Of a DNA stretch of 64,000 nucleotides, positions 23,860 to 38,450 are shown piece after piece; the stretch's first letter is position 1, and each line of letters opens with the position of its first letter. A program made the position numbers and the translations under genes. The stretch comes from Neoechinorhynchus agilis. Its lineage: Eukaryota > Animalia > Acanthocephala. The stretch is from NCBI GenBank assembly GCA_051530055.1, contig CM121342.1, forward strand, positions 13,407,480-13,471,479, in the 5' to 3' direction. Below the pieces are notes generated by a model. The model was given only the letters and a program-made list of their open reading frames with translations, did not search any database and was not told where the DNA came from.

Positions 23860-25460
23860 AGTACTAAGATTATCTCGACGCAAACACGAAAGGAAACTAA
23901 TTTTATTACTAAATGCCATGTGCAGACCTTTGATAATCTTTCGAAACGAACATTTAGTGATGGAGAAACGAGCTTAATAAACGAAGGACCGAATTTCATT
24001 AAGGTTACCTTCCATAACAATAACGAATTTAGACCTACGGAAGCACTAAGATCGGTGGCACACTATGACAGTAAACCATCGAGTATCAATGAAGCGAATA
24101 AAAGATCGATAAGTAAAACGTCAAGAATGTTACAAGACCTGAAAAACGATAATAATATCACAATTCGTAAAGCGGATAAAGGGAAGATGTTGGTTGCAGT
24201 CGACAAAGGAGAGTACAATCCCATGCTCTCATCTTACTCGGTAATTTCAAATTTAAAGAGCTTAACAAGGATCCAACTAAACCTCGTGAAAAACAAATCA
24301 ATGATTTCTTAAAAAAGCAATTACGAGATGGTAAATTATGTGATACATTGTATCACAGATGTAGATCCACAAATGGGAAAAATGCGTTTTTATACCTCCT
24401 TCCAAAGGTGCATAAACAAGAACTCAGCTTCCGTCCGTCTGCAACCAACTCGATAGCAAAAGACATCAATCGTTTGCTCAGGTTGAGCATGGACGACTAT
24501 GAACATAACATTAAATATGGTGCACACTACGCAAGGACTAGATCTTTACACCGCTGATGTAGTGTCTTTATTCACAAATGTCCGGATTCAAGAATCTATC
24601 AATTTAGCTGCTAAGAAGCTGGTCAGTGCATGCAAGGAGACCTCACGAAATTTCTAGGAGATTGGAGCCAAGCATTATTGTGGTGTACGACAAAGACGGT
24701 CTACCAATTTGAAGATAAATTCTACGAGCAACACGATGGTGTTGCTATGGGATCACCTCTAGCTCCAACCCTAGATGAATTGTTCATGCGAGAGTAGGAA
24801 AAAGATATGAAAAGTTTGCTCCATCATCGAAAATAACACAGATGCCAAAAGGTTAAATAAACTGTTGGATTCGAGATACAGTAACATCAAATTGGCTGTA
24901 ACAGCAAAAGAGAGTGAGCGGGGTACTATCAAATTTCTAGATGTTACTGTTAGTTGCCGCCTACCTTCCTTACAAATGATAAAAACAAGTGTGCCCAGGA
25001 AACCACACTTAGCCTGATATCCATTCCCGGATTCATACAAAATAACTGCGACAGTGTCCCTGTTTCTGAGAGCTCATTAAATATGCTCAATTTACAGGGT
25101 ACGACAGGCTGAAATAAGCTTGATTACTCAGGCTCTGAGAGCAATTAGCTATCCAGAAGCAGCGATAAGAAGAGCTTTCCACAAAGCCAAGAACATCGCA
25201 AATAGACACGAGACAAATCATGACAGGTACTGAGAATGGCAAACCCAAATATATGTGGATGAAATTCAATCGAAATTTAGAAGGGATTTGCGTTACCTGT
25301 ACAAGACGATCAATGTGTACAGTGTAAAGAGTGGGAATCTTGGTGGTATTCCTAAAATCTGCAAAAATATGAGCAGCATGAAGTTGTAAGAGTGGGAACC
25401 TTGGTGGTATTCCTAAAATCGGCCAAAATAGGAGCAGCATGAAGTTGTATATGAGGTCCA
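23860..25460 (+). mobile_element. Degenerate Penelope-like element (RT)
   Basis: IRKADKG, LLPKVHK..FRP, DVVSLFTNV, YEQHDGVAMGSPLAP and FLDVTV motifs, with stops and frameshifts. Confidence 0.9.
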
Positions 25461-25469
25461 TTGCAAGGA

Positions 25470-25640
25470 CTGTTCTCAGATACCTCCAGAAGGTGGGACT
25501 GCATTTCGTCCCCTTTGATGTGCGTCATCGGTGGTAACAGATTCGAACCCATTGACCCTTAACTGGGACTTGGAGCATTAGTCCACTTGACCACCTCAGC
25601 ACACTGCGGAATGTACAAACTTCGCCGCTTTAGCCTAAAT
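25470..25640 (-). mobile_element. tRNA-derived SINE with retained head
   Basis: Minus-strand A box TGGTCAAGTGG (25583-25593) and B box GGTTCGAATCT (25539-25549); body shared with 26390, 31320, 44470 and 17213. Confidence 0.75.
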
Positions 25641-25652
25641 AAGCTTTCCGAT

Positions 25653-25796
25653 TTTTTTAGAATTTTTTATATGTGGCTCAGCCGGCAGTCTCTTGATAAC
25701 CAAAAATCGGGGAACTGACTGTCCATTCGGCCGTGTATGGAAAAAATATATATCAAAAGACTACCGACTGAGCCACATATAAAAAATTCTAAAAAA
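25653..25796. mobile_element. MITE-like fold-back with ~38-bp terminal inverted repeats
   Basis: tttttagaattttttatatgtggctcagccggcagtct / agactaccgactgagccacatataaaaaattctaaaaa (2 mismatches). Confidence 0.7.
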
Positions 25797-25919
25797 TATA
25801 ATGTTCGTGTTTTAGATGACAAAGCTTGATAATGTCGGCATTATCCGACGAAACATCGGAAATAAATTAGTGAACTTGGGTCCGGGGTGTTGGACTTCAT
25901 GTTGTTTGAAGGTAGGTAA

Positions 25920-26160
25920 AAGGAAACTCTTTCTTAAAGAGTGATTTTTGTCAAACAAAATATGTTTATTTTAGAGTGGAAAACGGTTCCAGTCGGGTGG
26001 GAAAGTTGGTTGTTACTGATGCGGAGAGTTTGTTAAGTTGGGTCTTTCCTCAGTTTCATTTCTGGTCATGATATCCGACAAGAATGGCAGCATGGAAAAA
26101 GATGAAAGGAATTGAAATTGCGAGTTCTGTGCTCGTGTGAAAAGGGGTAGTAGGTTTGAA
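25920..26160 (-). mobile_element. R1 repeat copy (partial)
   Basis: ggtctttcctcag, gatatccga..ggcagcatggaaa and tgctcgtgtgaaaa shared with 21440-21580. Confidence 0.55.
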
Positions 26161-26389
26161 TGGCGTTTTGATTGTTTGTTGAAAATTTTATAAAGGCATT
26201 CATCGAAAATATAGAGCTGCCGGCCAATTTGAATTTTGTCCCCTTGGAGAGGAGGCTTTAGTCAAAAATAAAGACGTTTGGGATTTTTTAAACGAGCAAG
26301 CGTTATTTTTCTGGAAGAAAGCTAACAAAATTCCATCGATGTTTTTATAACATTTTTTATGCGTAGCTTAGTCGGTAATTTACTATATG

Positions 26390-26690
26390 GCTGAATTATA
26401 GACACACAGTCTACTGATTTTTAGTCAAGGAAGCGCTCAATGCTCATGACCGTACAGTTATAAGTTTGTAAGAATCCCTCCGGATCCTCAAATACCTACC
26501 CAAGTGGCGGAACTCATCACTGAGTTTCATCCCTTCAGCGGCATTTCGTCCCCTTTGCTTGTGAGTCATCGGCGATCGTGGATTTTGAACTCTTTGACCC
26601 AAACTGGGATAAGGAGCTTTAGCTTACTTGACCACTTCAGCACAACTGCGGAATCTACAAACTTCGCCACATTTGTCTGGATAAGCTTGG
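26390..26690 (-). mobile_element. tRNA-derived SINE copy
   Basis: Degenerate A and B boxes; body colinear with the other copies. Confidence 0.7.
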
Positions 26691-26921
26691 TATGAGATGG
26701 TGAATTACGTTTTATTGTCGTGCTGGTTAGCTAGTTATTAATTTTTGACTTTCGTTATTTTAGACTTTAGCAGACTGCTCACTTTTTTATGCTCACAACA
26801 ATTTCTGCAAATCTCTCTTTTTCGCTATTGGAAACTTTTCCTTCTCGGAACTCAGCTCCATTGACGTCTCTGAGTTTAAAAACCGGCAATGATTATTTTT
26901 AGACACAAGTTCCTTGTAGAT

Positions 26922-27490
26922 ATGAGTCAGCAACCGAGCGACAAGAGCGAACAAAACGTTGTATTTTCAAGGCCTTGGTGGCTCAGCCAAAGTCCAGATC
27001 TAGCTCCGGATGTAGGCATTTCTGAATACGGTATAGATATGAAATCCGAACTTTCAAAGCACGTCCACGAGATGGAATCTAAGCTAAAAGTAATCGAAAA
27101 TCTGCATCTTGAAATGAAACATTATTTGTCTTAGGCATTAATCGATCACCTGGACGTAATAGTTGATGATTCAAAAGAAAACGAAGTTGGTGATAGGGGT
27201 ATAGGTGAATTGCATGACGATTTTACAAAAGTGTGTTGTGACTTTGAAGACTTTGCGGTCGGTTTTATATTCTAGTCTCAAATTTCTAACAGATTGTATA
27301 GAGGAACGCAATGAAAATTTGTAAAGTTGCCTCGGCTATCAAGGAGTTTACAAATCTGCCAAACTACGACATCGATATTAGTTCCAATCAATCCAAGTTC
27401 GATCAATGCATTGCACGTATTGAAACCGATATGGACTACGTTTCGAAGTTTAGGGAAAATCTTAGGCTTATCGGAAAGCGACGCAAGTAA
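26922..27490 (+). pseudogene. Probable decayed coiled-coil protein gene
   Basis: Reading frame continues past an in-frame TAG (27132-27134); a tttctaacag acceptor is followed by an exon needing a 1-nt frameshift. Confidence 0.35.
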
Positions 27491-27859
27491 CCGATCCCTC
27501 GTTAGATATTAAATGTAAGCGATTTAAACATCAGTGATTTTATTCTTTAGCTTCATTTTTTTATAATAGAAGCACATACAAAAATCAATCGGATTTTTCG
27601 AGCACTACTGTCAACAAAGAATTGGGATCGTAGTTTTATCAAACGTTTCAACGAACAGTTCTTATGTTTTCCAACAGACACGTTAAAGTATGCAGTTTAC
27701 TAAAAAAGTTATATAGTCTGAAATTGTTTAAAGCGGAACAGCGACAAACGAATTATTTTTGCCGAGGGTACTGGGGAATGCGATTGGAATTATTGTTTAG
27801 GTCTACACCCGGTAAATGACTTATTAAAGACGTTTTGAACCTCGTCAAGTTCATCATCC

Positions 27860-28620
27860 GCTTGCTAGTTAGTAATAATTCGATAGCGTATATTACTAAC
27901 AAACAAATTGATGATGAACCCGACGAGGTTCGAAACTTCTTTAATAAATAATTATTTACGGGGATGTAGACTTCTAAACAACAATTCCGAATTAGTTAAA
28001 GATAAAATCCATGAGTATATGGCGGTGGATAAAAAAAATATATATCCAAGAATCACTTTAATTGAAATATTTCTTCCAGTCACACTGGACTTCTTCAGTC
28101 AATTATCTAAAAAGGAATTCGGCAACCTCAATGTCTTATCCGGAGGTGCCCCTAACTTCAAAGAATAATCTGTCTTGTTTCCCTCGAAAGTATTGGTTCC
28201 CTGAAGGAACATGGTCTCGATAATAACACGTTCAACCTTAAAATAATAACAAATTTATTTGAGAAAGAGCCGTTTTATTTGTTCCAATAAATTTCCCGGA
28301 AGCTTCAAGTTGCGACATGCTTCATATATAAAACCTCTATCTATAGAATCAAACGCTCTGCTAATATCTAATTGAACTACTGCTTTGTGCACCTTTGAGT
28401 GAGTACTGTTCAATCTATGAATTTCTGTCAATAAAGTGTTCACGCTTTTGCCAGGGCACCTCCGAATAAGACGTTGAGGTTGCCAAATTTCTTTTTAGAT
28501 AATTGACTGAAGAAGTTCAGTGTGACTGGAAGAAATATTTCAATTAAAGTCATCCGTTGATATAAAAAATTTCCCCACCGCCACATACAAATTCCGAATT
28601 ATTTTTGTTTTTTTGGCATT
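27860..28620. mobile_element. Two non-LTR RT fragments in inverted orientation
   Basis: About 28015-28152 is inverted at about 28452-28590; 28268-28452 is near-identical to 35040-35217 (VVQLDISRAFDSIDR). Confidence 0.75.
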
Positions 28621-29252
28621 GGCGCATTTCAACAAACCGTAGCTAAATTGAACATTACTCTTGAAAAGAGTTGCTTTTTAGCGAAGAAATGACAATATCT
28701 GAGATGTTCATGCGCCTTACACCCGAAATCTTCTTTTTTGGAAGTGATATATCTCTGTAGTTCGAGTCTCGTATCAGATTTTCAAGCTTATACAATGCAC
28801 CTAATTTTTTGACCATTCTAAGTGGACTATAACGAAATGAAATCGACTACAATTGAACCTTCGTCTTTCGGGAGGTTGGAACACTAGGATAGGCGATCAC
28901 GCAATTATTCACAATTGAAATAGTGATCGCAGTACACAGAGATCAGTACGGATTTGCTTTAAATGTTCACTTAAATGACCTAAATGAGTTAGAGTGTAAG
29001 AAAAAGGGGCAACAGTGATTTGGCATCTCAAATGACAAGTGTAAGACTCAAAATTGTTGCTCTTGGCATCAGGTCGAACTCCTGAGACTGCGATGAAGCT
29101 GAGGAGCTCAGAAACTGGATACATAGACGGCTAAAATCGCTATTAAAATTTGAAGAATGTCAACTTAATGTTATAAAATGCATAGATGATCGTTGCTCTA
29201 TGAGAAATATGTTTCGCGTAGGGATTCCTTGTGATTGCCTACTGATTTCTAG

Positions 29253-29969
29253 ATGTGGGGCGTGGACGAGATAGACCACGATGAACTCAACGCTGCCGCA
29301 TTGAACACAATACTCGAAATTTTCGCTGAATCGCCAGTTCATGTCGCGGAATCAGAGGATTGGAATCTGAGTCAGTTTTGGTATGATGAGCACACGTGTG
29401 AAATCCTAAGAAAGGAAATCGTGGCTCAAGTTACCGCTAATCACCATATTGCCTGCCTTTCTTGTCCGACCCTCTATAAAGCCTATCGTGTATTCGCCCT
29501 TTTCGTTGGTACATGAAGGCTATATAAATATCTTAAAGCTAAAACAGCAATTCGAAACGTCGTCTTATTGGAATTCGATAGACGATTCTCATGTCGACAA
29601 AATGATCCTTCAATCTTGTTTTACGATATCAACGATCCAAGCAGCATTCCAGTGCGCCTTTACCAACGTTTTGATTTCATAGTCGCCGATCCACCATTTA
29701 TATCCGAACAGTGCATGATAAATCTAAAGCACTGCATCGAGAACCTAATGAAGCCCGAGACTAAAATTCTTGTTTGTACTGGAAAACTAATGTCTTCATT
29801 TCTTTTTGACATTCTTAAACTTAGAGTTCATTGTTTGACTTGAGCGTTGAACTCTGAGTGTGAATTAAGGCGATGCCGATTTGTTCCTATACATGATCGT
29901 AACCGTCTAAAAAATCCATTTGCATCATTCACCAATTTTAAGTGCAAAGTTCTTGACGAAGAAATTTAG
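29253..29969 (+). CDS. EEF1AKMT1: EEF1A lysine methyltransferase 1 (N6AMT2); 3 exons seen, possibly a small upstream exon
   Basis: EDWNLSQFWYD, IACLSCPTLY, LLEFDRRF, FDFIVADPPF, ILVCTG, CRFVP.H..RL.NPF..FTNF; first intron 29488-29538 is GT-AG. Confidence 0.92.
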
Positions 29970-30076
29970 ACGTAATAAATCGTTATTTAGCTCAAAAATA
30001 AGTGAATTTGCTGCGAGCGTGAGGAGTGCGTAGCGGAAAATCATTTTCTGGATCTACAACGGCTCTTTAGAAGCCG

Positions 30077-30341
30077 TCGTCGTTGGCCAACTCGGATTCG
30101 TCAGGTCTTCATCTCTGTGTTCCTGAGTGGGAGAGCACTCCAAATTTGATTCATTATATTGATTTCCATCAGCGAATAACAGGGATGTGGATCCTAACGC
30201 GTAATTCCTGATTTGGACGTTTGGTCGGAAAAAGGTGAGACGATTGTGACGATCGACACTTGCAGCGGTCACCAAGCTTCCGCTGATTCTTTATCACCGT
30301 TAGGGAGTTCCACCAGTAACACCATTCACCTTCTAATGCTC
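30077..30341 (-). repeat. Inverted twin of 14776-15040
   Basis: Reverse-complement identity. Confidence 0.85.
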
Positions 30342-30556
30342 CGGGTTCCTAACAGACCTGTCCGGCAACAGGCGCCAAACCGACATATGCCCGCTCCTAA
30401 CTACGGTTAAGCAAGGTTGAGTTTATAACATCCAGTTTAGATGCAGCACCAATTCAGCCAACTTTAAATAACGCGCAAATTGCCAACCAGTTTTCTAATG
30501 ACGTCATTAACTCTGGAAGAATTTTATCATTGTGGCTTTCCGTTTAACTTTCCGTT

Positions 30557-32467
30557 ATGCATTCAATGTCCACTAATTCAAAGGGTGATGATTTGCCGGA
30601 TAACGACGCGCTTAACCTCTTTATTGGTCAGCTGCCAAAATCAATGTCGGAGGACGAAGTGCGATCTGTCGTTGAGCCGTTTGGTTGTATTCATAAACTT
30701 AACATGATCCGCGATCGGTGCACTGGCGAAAGTAAAGGGTGCTGCTTTCTGCTATATCGAAATCGAGAGAGTGCTGAACTAGCGCGGACTGCTTTACACG
30801 GAAAACGAGTTCTACCAGGAATGCAGCGACCGATGCAGGTTGTATTAGCCGATTCCGAAAACCGAGTCCGGCTCTTCGTTGGTCAACTTGACAGCACTTG
30901 CACCGAAGAGCATCTTCGAAATATCTTTGAAAGATATGGAACTTTAACACAATGTTCTATACTGAGGAAAGACGGAATCAGTCGACGGTGCGGATTCGTG
31001 ACTTAGCGAAGATGTGGTTGCGGAATCAGATTTTCTGATTTTCGTTTAGACTTGGATGTTAAGCGTGTATTTTAAATGAACTTTACAATCCAACGATTTT
31101 ATGTCCTTTATTATTATCTTTGGCGAAATAGATACTTTCTTTTTCCTGGTTTTGCCAGCACTCGGATTACAAAAGTTCACTTATTTATTCCCCCGATATT
31201 TCACCTCTCGGATAATTCGGACACTTTCGCAGGATTTATCATTGTTACTAAGTTTTACAGAAACTAACGACTTTAAGGGAATGTGATAAGATTAGTGCAA
31301 GATGGGGATTTGTTTTACCAAACACTGCGGAATTATGGACACATAGCCACCGGTTTTTAGTCAGGAAAGCGCTGACCTGAGCTCAATGTCCTTGACAGTA
31401 CGGTTATAAGTTTGTAAGAATCTCTCCGGATTCTCAGAGTGAATTTCCTCTTCCCTTCAACGGTGTTTCGTCCCCGTTTGGTTGTGCGTTTGGCCCATAC
31501 TGGAATTAGGAGCTCTAGTCCGCTGGGCTAAATGTACAAACTTCGACACTAGCAATTCGAAAAGTTAGTTCGTGTTGTGTGTGCTTTTCATCCTTTCCGC
31601 ATCTGCATCTCTTACAACGCACGAATAGCGTGTCTGAGAGCGATTAATGCTTTAAATGGCAGTTTTGAGCTTAACCCGAATCAGGGTTTGATCGTCAAAT
31701 TCGCCGACAAACAAGGTATATCGGACGATCATAAGCATACGGACACAGAGCGCAGCTACCATCGATCACAACCAGCCGCAGATCATGAACAAATTGATCA
31801 ATCGCTCGAATCTCTTCTTTATTCCATAAACAATACCGATCCTCTGACCTCACAACTCCTTTCAATCGCCAATACGCAGCAAAACCTCCAATCCCTACTT
31901 GTATTGCAACAGCTAACTCAAGATAACGTCAGCTCCGTTGGATCTTTAAACAATCTAGCAAAAGCAATGGTCATTGCAAATTTACTAAATCAGCAGGGGC
32001 AGCATGGAACAAATGGTCAACTCTTGACTGCTCTTCTAGCTACACGCCCTATCGATAGCGCCCTACAAACTGCGCCCTTGACCACCATTCCGCGTGTTAC
32101 CAACGAGAGTGTACCGTTAACTCATAGAAAACGCCCGTTATCCTTCAACGTTCGTTCTGATGTGTCGCCCATTCCATCGAAACGAACAAGTGCTACTGGC
32201 CGCCCAATTAAAGGTCCGCAAGGATGTAATGTGTTCGTAAACTTCCTTCCTTCGAGTTTCAGTGATGACGACTTGTACGATTTGTTCTGTCCGTACGGCA
32301 TTGTCTTGTCGACCAAAGTTTTCTTTGATAGAGTAACCAATAGAAGCAAATGCTTCGGCTTCGTTAGCTACGACAACCGTTCCGCTGCAGATGCTGCTAT
32401 CAGAAGTCTTCATAACTGTGTTGTTGGTAACAAGAAGCTTCACGTAGAATTGAAAAAAAATCAGTGA
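30557..32467 (+). CDS. CELF/Bruno-like RNA-binding protein (3 RRMs), 2 exons; the only copy with RRM1-2
   Basis: NLFIGQLPK..SKGCCF, RLFVGQL..CGFV, IVKFADKQ, Q-rich linker, KGPQGCNVFV..SKCFGFVSYDN; splice acceptor irregular (see findings). Confidence 0.88.
31320..31560 (-). mobile_element. SINE copy inside the CELF intron (paralog 44470-44710)
   Basis: Body matches 26390-26690. Confidence 0.65.
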
Positions 32468-32723
32468 ATTCTAAGTGTGCCGCGTCTTTGAACTTTAAAC
32501 TTTAAGTTTTATTCTTGTCCGTTGTTCTCGTTTATTCATTTTTTATGTCGCTTTGTTTGGTTGGAGCAAATGTTTTGAGAATCTGCTGATTTTTTATATA
32601 AATACCATTTCGCGATTTATCATGTTGATTGTTCTGTTTGTGTGCGGTTGTGCTCACATGTAACCAATTGTTTTGTTTGTCCAATGAGCAAATTCCAATT
32701 AAAATCGATCACATTTTTAAACC

Positions 32724-32874
32724 TAGAATTGTAATGAAGATACTCCCGGCTAAGAGGTATTTAATTGCTACGAAATATTTCGAAGGAGGAAACCTCGTCA
32801 TAAAACATTTGAACAATGGTAGCAATAAAATACCTATTAATATAGGGTATCTTCACCACAATTCCAACTTTATC
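32724..32874. repeat. F1 fold-back palindrome (paralogs near 45870 and 58420)
   Basis: Nested inverted pairs gaattgtaatgaagatac/gtatcttcaccacaattc and aggtatttaattgctac/gtagcaataaaatacct. Confidence 0.75.
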
Positions 32875-33486
32875 ATCTACAAGCATTGTCTCTAAATTAT
32901 TAACATTTTTAAACTCTTCTTTGCCTTCTCCATCCAAAAGGCGAGTTTTTGTGTGCTCTGCGACTCGTTTTTTCAGACTGATTTTTATTCAATCCTGGTT
33001 TTGCATTTCACTAGTTTGAATAATTGTGGACGTGTGCGTAATGAACCCGCTTTGTTGTCGATCGTTCTTATCTAGGAACATTAAATAATAACAGCCTTTA
33101 TTTTTTATCTTTTACTATGCTGGAAAAGTAACGCATAGCTATTTAAAATAATGAAAAGTGGATCCTATTTATATCGTTGAAAGCTTCCTTTCAGTTGTGG
33201 AATGCGACTTCAATGGCACACAAATTTCATATAGGTGACAATAAACTAAAACTTGTAATATTTGTTCTTAGGGTGTATTTTGACAGCGATTGAGGCTGGT
33301 CATTGCATCGCACATTCAGAGAATTGAGTAAGCCCTTTACATTTCACACATATAATCTCGTTCTCTTGCGCAGTGGGCTAATCACCATCGCCAGGAAGCG
33401 AGATAATCGATACGCAAGTCCATTGACAGCCGAAATAATTGGTCTGCCACAACGTTTGACGGAATACATTCGCAATGCACTGAATC

Positions 33487-36840
<3,354 letters not shown>

Positions 36841-36850
36841 GCACTGAATC

Positions 36851-37160
36851 CGGACGCAAAATCATGGCCATACCGCGGGTAGAACACCACTCATAGTGCC
36901 ACAGCGACGAAGAAGTAAAACTCTCAATGCCAGTTAAGTTTGTGGTCAAGGACCCCTAACGGTTGGAAGGGATATGATGTTTACGCAGACAATGCGGGGA
37001 AGAGTTCTAGAAATCAGCGCGACAAATGCCCAGATCTACTCGACAATGAGCATGAACTTTCCGCTTCGATGCCGCTACTTTAGCGCACACTTGACATCTC
37101 CATACTCCTTTGTAAATTCATGAGGAAGCCATAAGACGGCGTAAGCTCGAGAATAAAGAT
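36851..37160 (+). mobile_element. 3' end of a PLE relic with degenerate hammerhead-like motif (37116-37154) and AATAAA
   Basis: Continues the 46590-47108 relic across the LINE TSD; attc-atgagga-agcc-ataagac-ggc-gtaa-gctc-ga-gaat. Confidence 0.55.
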
Positions 37161-38450
37161 TATCATTACAACAGCTCGCTCAAGTGTCGATTTAAAAACC
37201 TGATCAATCATGCGGTTAGCAAATCAAGTAATATTTCCACAAGAGTCTCGATAACCAAACACCATTCAAATTTTAGCGCTTACTTGCAGTTTCGGTTATT
37301 TTTTAGTCTTTAACCGCACTGCTTATATCTAAGAATTTCGAATTATTGGTTCGATCATCTTTCAGGGAAACGTTTTTGAGATTTAATTCTGGATTCTATT
37401 CTTTACGGCCATCTCGGTTACCCATGAATTCGAAAACGATTTATTAGACCTAACGTGTCCTCAAAAAACACCCTTCACCACTTTTCTGTTTTAAAAAATG
37501 AAAGATAACCTTTTTTATAGACTTACTTATTGTGATGATGCTCCATATTTGCAAACGGCTTTCTTGGGGTGCATTGAATCCAAATAGGATCGCGTTATAA
37601 TGGAGGCTATATTTATTCGCCAGGTTGGAACAGTTGAATGGAATAAGGCGCATTTCAAAGTGAATCTTAGTTCAGTGTGAATGTAACTATAACCAATATG
37701 TTTTTAGACCTCGATAAAGGCACAAAATTATGCCGAAATATTGGAAATTTTACGCCAGATACAAATAAGCATAATTTGTTTGCAACCTTAATAAGTCTTA
37801 AGTGTAACATTGAAGTTTCGTGGGTGCGAGGATCAAAGGGATTGTTCTTTATCTGTTGAAAATGAAGTTGAGATCGGATTCGCGGCGGCTGTTGAACATG
37901 TATCCTTATTTTTGCTTTTTTTTGCAGACTCGCCCGCCGGTAACTTTTTATTAACTATCCATATGCGGCCTTTTATTCTCGGTTGATAATTTTTCTTGTG
38001 CGGTTCGAATCCGTTACCGCCAATGATGCACAACCAAAGGGGACGAAATACTGCTGAAAGGAGGAAACTCACTGATGAGTTTGGCCTCCTGGAGGTATCT
38101 GAGGATCGACAGGAATGTACAAACTCATAACCGGGTGGTTCAGGGTATTGAGTGACCAGATCGGAGGGCTGTGTGCCCAAGGAACATTATCAGTCGAGAA
38201 TAAAAGGCGGCAAAAATGTTTCCTTATGTTTTAAAGCATCAAACGACAAATGCATTGCCAATAAAGATATCTTTCAAATTCGAATTCTCCCTGTCAAAAA
38301 CCAAGAGGGCTCTTAAGAAAATTGAGCATAAATGAAGAACGTAAAGCTTTACAAATATGTCCAATAGTTTTTACACTGATAAAGAGCATTGGAAACATGA
38401 AATAAATATTTTATTACATTAATCTACTAAAACTATTTAAAATAATTGTA

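Noticed and set aside
25325-25450. Two ~62-bp tandem units, and the ~20-bp R1 subrepeats, as CRISPR-like arrays
   Set aside because: No unique spacers, no cas genes, eukaryotic context; these are ordinary TE-internal tandem repeats.
25535-25605. tRNA gene
   Set aside because: A and B boxes are present but I could not form a cloverleaf, and it is attached to a multi-copy body, so it is a SINE head.
27132-27134. Stop-codon reassignment or readthrough (also the TGA near 42950)
   Set aside because: Well-supported genes end normally at TAA, TAG and TGA, and the paralog has TGC; these are best read as nonsense mutations.
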